The notes under the pieces: model-generated
What the model was told of the DNA's origin: nothing
The model's database searches: none
The model's input: only the letters and a program-made list of their open reading frames with translations
In this document: positions 45,618-50,119 of the stretch, piece by piece
How the letters are laid out: each line of letters begins with the position of its first letter
Position numbering within the stretch: position 1 is the first letter of the stretch
DNA from: a virus
Taxonomy: Duplodnaviria > Caudoviricetes
Direction: 5' to 3' (one strand)
Length of the DNA: 50,119 nt
Virus record (IMG/VR): IMGVR_UViG_3300020202_000015
Span: 1 to 50,119 of that record
Program-made: the position numbers and the translations under genes

Positions 45618-46022
45618 TCACCAGTCAGGACCGCCGCCGACGGCGTCATCAAAGGGGATGTCCGCGGCCTTGCCACTCAGCGCCGCCTTCGCTGCCTGGA
45701 ACCAGGCGTTGATCTGCCCTGGCTCGGTGATGGTCTTGGCGGTGATTGCCGATCCAACGCAGTTCGAGATGAAGCGCATTGCTGCGTCATCGACTCCAGA
45801 TGGCTGCGCCGCGTGGCCATTCCCGTTCGAGGCTGGGCGGATCGACTCGATCGAGTGGTACGTCTTCCCATTCCACTGATAGGGAGACGAGTTGAACTCG
45901 ACCCGCTGCCCGACGCTCAGGCCACCCACCAGCTCCTGCTTCGCGCTGTAGTACTTGCCGTCGATCTTCAGCTTGGGCCGGCCGCTCTGCGAGCTGCCGA
46001 TCTCTTGGATAGTTCCGATCAT
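45618..46022 (-). CDS. putative single-stranded DNA-binding protein
   Basis: OB-fold-like N-terminus and acidic aromatic tail DIPFDD...DW next to the exonuclease. Confidence 0.55.
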   Translation of the reverse strand: MIGTIQEIGSSQSGRPKLKIDGKYYSAKQELVGGLSVGQRVEFNSSPYQWNGKTYHSIESIRPASNGNGHAAQPSGVDDAAMRFISNCVGSAITAKTITEPGQINAWFQAAKAALSGKAADIPFDDAVGGGPDW

Positions 46023-47151
46023 TTTCTTGCTCCACTTTGTCTAGCCATTGCTCGTATGCTGGGTCCGCTCTCAGTTCGGCCTGCTCTCGTTCCCAGCGCT
46101 CTTGCAGATTCATTTCTGCCCATTGCCGCTCGTCGTCATCCATAGCGGCGCGCTCTATCTAGCCGGAGCTTCGCCACGTTCGCCTTGCGTCGGTGGCCGA
46201 CCAGCTTCCACCACAGTTTCCGTAGAGGACCCGCCTTGACCTTCACCGGATGATCCCAGCGAGCTGCCGTTGGAAACCGAATGATCACAGCACGATCCTC
46301 TGGATCAGCCACACCACGACACACGCGATGGCAATCCCGGTAAGCGCTCCACCAGCAGCAACAGTTAGATCTCTCATGACTTGCCCTCCAGATCGCACTC
46401 GTCGCATACGTCCAGCCACCCGCCGCGATGCCTGATCTCGTGCGTCGACTCCTCACCGCACGCATAGCAGGGGTAGTCGACAGGCTTCTCACGCTGCGGA
46501 CCGCGCTCCAGCGCCTCGAAGGCAGTCAGCAGCGCTTTGAGCTCGGCACTCACGCAGCCAATCCCACGATTTCCAGAAGCTCCTCGGCGGTCTCAGGCGA
46601 GACGTAGATCTCGCCCAGTGATCCGCCCGTATCGATGCGTACGCCGAGCCTGCGGCGCTCAGGAAGTGGTGAGAGCGGGTTTCGCTCGCGCTCCATGCGG
46701 CACGTATGGACGAAGTGCTCGGCGTGCAATGCGTCTTGTCTGCTCATTTGCGTTTCCTCTGCTCATCTCTCTTCCGCGCTTGGTAACCGCGGATGAAGGC
46801 AAGCCGCAGGTCGCTATGGACCAAGGGAACGTCTTCGCGCTTCCAATGGTCGTAGGCCCATCTGTCTGCTCGCTGCCAAAGGTTCCTGCGTCGCCGCACC
46901 GGTTACTCCGTCTTCTGTTCGCTCTTCACGATGTGGATCAAACCCTCGACCAGTCGCTTCGCCTCGCCGACCTTCCACTCGGAGCTCGCTGCGATCGGCT
47001 TTCCGGTCTCGAGATCCCTGCGAGTACGCTCCCGCGCAGAGCACGTCGGCAGGTCGAGCACCTCCAAGATGCGCTCCAGGCGCGCTAGGAGGCGTTCGTC
47101 CCGTGAGTGGTGTGGCCGAGGGCGAGGCATCGCTGTTTTCTCCGTGGCTGC

Positions 47152-47484
47152 TCACTCGGGTAGCGGTTCACTCTGCCGTCGATGGTTGAGTGTCTGCCCA
47201 TCGGACGGCTCCGGGCCGTACACGTGTAGCTCGTCACCCCATCGCTCGACGAACCCCGAGTAGGTCAGCCCGCTGTCAGGTATCCGTCTCAGCCGATGCC
47301 ATACGTGGCCGCGTCCGTAGCTACCGATACCGGGTGACCACTTGTAACCCTCGTATCCGATGCACTCGAATCCAGTCTCCTTCCATCGCTCGCACGCGAG
47401 AGGCTTCACGTAGTCGACGTTGCTTGCTCCACAGGAGCCCAGGAGTAGCGCGATCACCACGAGGAAGAATGCTGTTGCCTTCAT
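47152..47484 (-). CDS. putative lipoprotein
   Basis: MKATAFFLVVIALLLGSC; GGAGA RBS. Confidence 0.65.
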   Translation of the reverse strand: MKATAFFLVVIALLLGSCGASNVDYVKPLACERWKETGFECIGYEGYKWSPGIGSYGRGHVWHRLRRIPDSGLTYSGFVERWGDELHVYGPEPSDGQTLNHRRQSEPLPE

Positions 47485-48074
47485 GTGTACTGTCTCTCCA
47501 GACGTTGGTCACTTCACGAATTGCCAGCCGATCCACGCGAGCGCCACTACGGCCACGAGCGCGGGTACACCGACGACGATCGCAAGGGTCCACAACAGCC
47601 AAACCGGAATCACGATAGTCACGTGTGCTCTCCTGATGAATTCAACTCTGCTCACCGCTTCGGCTCGGCCGCTATCAGTTCGGCCAGCTCGCGACGCTTG
47701 TCTTCAACTGCTCCACGCCATGCAGCGTGATCGGACTCGCGAACTGCACGACCAATGCGACCGCCATGACCGCGTCGCATCCACGTCGCAGCGGCGATGA
47801 GCGCTATGAAGACCAGCAGCGGGATAAGTGCGTTCATGTCTATCCGTCAGGTGACCTTGATCGTCAGCTCTTCGCTGTGATGGCGCTGCCCGAGCACGCG
47901 AACACCGGGCACGATGTGCCGACTAGAGTTGATGTCGCTGTTGCCCACGAAGCCGGAGCGCAGGTACCGCTTCAGGTTCTCCCACTGCTCGTCATTCAGG
48001 TCGTGCAGGTAGTCGTGGTTGAACTCAAGAATGGTTCGCGTGCTCATGACTGCTCCCTGAGGGTGAGCTGTGCT

Positions 48075-48404
48075 TCAGCCGGCCTCGCGCTTCAGTGGGA
48101 TCACTGGGTTCTGCTCTGCCCATGGCTTCACGAAAATCCAGCAGCGAAGGCCATCCTCAGTCGAGCGTGTCGTGAGCATCAGGTGATCGCGATCCTTCGG
48201 TGCGGCCATGCGCCAGTTACGGAAGCTCTGCGAGACGCTCCCCTGTGCTCGATTCCAGAAGATGGCAAGCTCACTTTCGGTGGCGTCGTCAGGGTATGGA
48301 ATGACAAAGGAATCCCCGACCTGCATACTGTCGAATGGATACGGGGTCTCCTGCGTGCGCGTCGAAGGCACCGGTACATTCTTGTCGACTTGAAACTTGA
48401 CCAT
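48075..48404 (-). CDS. conserved phage hypothetical protein
   Basis: DKNVPVP...YPFDSMQVGDSF motif; GGAGG RBS. Confidence 0.7.
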   Translation of the reverse strand: MVKFQVDKNVPVPSTRTQETPYPFDSMQVGDSFVIPYPDDATESELAIFWNRAQGSVSQSFRNWRMAAPKDRDHLMLTTRSTEDGLRCWIFVKPWAEQNPVIPLKREAG

Positions 48405-48989
48405 TTTGGAAACCTCCATCAGTTGGATAGCGACGCCAGTACGCGCGCCGAGCTGATAACAGGACCGACATAGACGGCCAGCGCTCGGAGACTTTCGTCC
48501 GTCGCATCGCTCGCAGTTCTTCGTCCACACATACGGGCGCTTTGAGTTTTCGCTTGCAACGAACATCGCACGCTCTATCCGATGAGCACGAGGCTATCGG
48601 GGCTGGTGAATCCGATCTGCCGCGCACGCTCTAGGGCCAGGGCGAGCGTCTCTGCTACGACGGTCGCCGTTGCTCCGCCCTGCGTCACCTTCCACTTGCG
48701 CTTTTTGCTCATGGGGAACAGCTCTCCTATCGGCCGGTGTTCACGCCACGCAGGATCAGCTTCAGGCATCGCGGGCAGCTCACAGCCTTCGCGTTGTAGT
48801 GCGCAGAGTCGTCGCTGATGCTCTCGACCTTCACGCCGCCGCAGCGGACACTGACCGGCGCTCGATCCGAATCGATCTCGACCTGATGAACGAGGCAGCG
48901 CTTGCTGTCCCATTTGTGTGCCGCCGGATATGCTCCGGCCAACACAGGTGCGGCGACGTAGTTGCGCACTGCTGTTCTCCTGGACTCGG

Positions 48990-49169
48990 TTACTTCCGCT
49001 TGCCCCGAACCTGCTGAATCTTCAGCACCGCAGCCGCAGCCAGTTTGTGGGCTTGGTCCACGACAGAGGCGTGATCCCCCTTCTCCGAGTTCTTCGCCGA
49101 GGCGATGGCGGCGGCGAAGGCTCGGCTGTAGTGGGCTTTCAGTTCGCGAGAGGTGAAGTGCAGGTGCAT
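48990..49169 (-). CDS. first gene of the leftward operon
   Basis: ATG 7 nt after the pL -10 box; basic C-terminus. Confidence 0.5.
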   Translation of the reverse strand: MHLHFTSRELKAHYSRAFAAAIASAKNSEKGDHASVVDQAHKLAAAAVLKIQQVRGKRK

Positions 49170-49239
49170 GGGTAGTACTTTACCCATAGCAGTTACAGAG
49201 TCAAGCAATATTTTACCCAGACAGGGCAAATATTTTTCA
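49168..49239 (-). promoter_or_regulatory. pL/OL: promoter and three operator-like sites
   Basis: Minus strand TTGACT-16-TAAAGT; ATGGGTA-gtactt-TACCCAT palindrome plus AAGCAATATTTTACCC and GGGCAAATATTTTTCA. Confidence 0.7.
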
Positions 49240-49638
49240 GGTGTCGTTTTTCTTGGCTTTTGCCGCGAAAGCCATCGCGAGGCTTTCGACGTGGTGCCGG
49301 CCCTCGTCCTCGCAGAGCAGGTAAGCCTGCACCATGGCGATTAACCGCTCTCTAGCGGGGCTTTGAAGGTCTTCGCTCGATCGGCCAACTAGGAAGAGGA
49401 CCCACAGCGGACAGTCGAGAGCGGTCGCTATTGCCTCTAATGTACTGATCTGAGCGTCGTGGCGACCAGTCAGGGCGTTGTTAATCGTTTTTCTGGCTGG
49501 TGCACCGTTGTTCTTGCGGCTGGCGAGGCGCGCGAGCTCGGAATGGCTCTTTATGCCTCTCAGCTTCATGAGCACTTCAACGCCCTCCCGGAAGGCGGAG
49601 AAGCCTGCCTCGAGATGATCTTGTTGCGCCTTTCCCAT
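49237..49638 (-). CDS. CI-like repressor (XRE HTH)
   Basis: SHSELARLA...RKTINNAL.G......STLEAIA.AL; divergent from a Cro-like gene and flanked by operators. Confidence 0.8.
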   Translation of the reverse strand: MGKAQQDHLEAGFSAFREGVEVLMKLRGIKSHSELARLASRKNNGAPARKTINNALTGRHDAQISTLEAIATALDCPLWVLFLVGRSSEDLQSPARERLIAMVQAYLLCEDEGRHHVESLAMAFAAKAKKNDT

Positions 49639-49654
49639 GCGTGTGCATTCTGGC

Positions 49655-49706
49655 AGGTTACATGGGTAAAATTTTCCTTGCAACGTGGGTAACATTTTGC
49701 CAGACT
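49655..49706. promoter_or_regulatory. pR/pRM and OR operators
   Basis: TTGCAA-17-CAGACT (+) and TTGCAA-17-TAACCT (-); operators GGGTAAAATTTTCCTT and GGGTAACATTTTGCCA. Confidence 0.7.
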
Positions 49707-49712
49707 CTGACC

Positions 49713-49916
49713 GTGAACCTCCTTGAGTCGACATACGCACTGATTGAAAAGGCGGACTTGAGTCAGCGTCAAATCGCCGCAGGCGCTGGCGTCGGACGTG
49801 ACTGGCTCGCCAAGTTCATACAACGACGCATCAAGTCCCCTGGTGCACCAAAGGTTCAGGCCGTCCACGACTTTCTGTCGAGACGCGCTCTGTGTGCTCG
49901 TGACCATGCCGCCTGA
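49713..49916 (+). CDS. Cro-like protein
   Basis: 67 aa HTH: SQRQIAAGAGVGRDWL.KF....IKSPG...VQ. Confidence 0.8.
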   Translation: MNLLESTYALIEKADLSQRQIAAGAGVGRDWLAKFIQRRIKSPGAPKVQAVHDFLSRRALCARDHAA

Positions 49917-49992
49917 CCTCCGTCTCATTGAGATGGATGTCAGTTTCCATATCGCGACAGCGCGCGCAAGTGGACCTGTCAACCGCGACTTT

Positions 49993-50119
49993 CACTGTAG
50001 GAAATCGCGTCAATTTGCACTCGATGGACAGACTCTCAACCAGATCGCCTAAAGCGACAAACATGCGCGTTTCCCCTCACGTCCTACAAAAAAACGTGAC
50101 CGATGTCGCGATCGGCGGG
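49993..50119 (+). repeat. Terminal direct repeat, right copy
   Basis: Identical to 1..127. Confidence 0.95.

Larger units (their letters stand above)
1..50119. mobile_element. Complete temperate phage genome (lambdoid regulation, P22-like podovirus virion module)
   Basis: Terminase, portal, capsid, tail nozzle and ejection genes, lysis genes, integrase with intact attP, repressor/Cro pair; both ends share an identical sequence; no host housekeeping genes. Confidence 0.95.

Overview
The window looks like a complete, circularly assembled genome (~50 kb, 127-bp terminal duplication) of a GC-rich temperate tailed phage, probably infecting a proteobacterium (inference). It has a lambdoid layout. 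A repressor/Cro switch sits at the right end (49.1-49.9 kb). The rightward early operon (0.3-4.5 kb) holds CII-like, replication initiator, nuclease and Q-like genes. A structured late leader precedes an unusual cassette of secreted and beta-rich fibre-like proteins plus an Ntn-hydrolase (4.8-9.5 kb). Terminase, portal, GroES, scaffold, capsid and a P22-like short tail with ejection proteins and tailspike follow (9.9-29.3 kb). Lysis genes are interleaved with counter-oriented methyltransferase and glycosyltransferase morons (29.3-33.8 kb). A long leftward arm (34-49 kb) carries an integrase, excisionase, a second tyrosine recombinase, recombination nucleases and many small ORFs. The most striking observations are: (1) a C5 DNA methyltransferase whose conserved motifs alternate between two overlapping reading frames, with the catalytic PC motif only in the nested frame; (2) a tRNA-Val-derived attP inside the integrase 3' end; (3) divergent promoters sharing one palindromic -35 box with apparently leaderless genes; (4) a dif-like site upstream of terminase; (5) the pre-terminase fibre/secreted-protein cassette and 2OG-Fe(II) oxygenases coupled to virion genes. 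All calls come from motif recognition by eye, without database searches.
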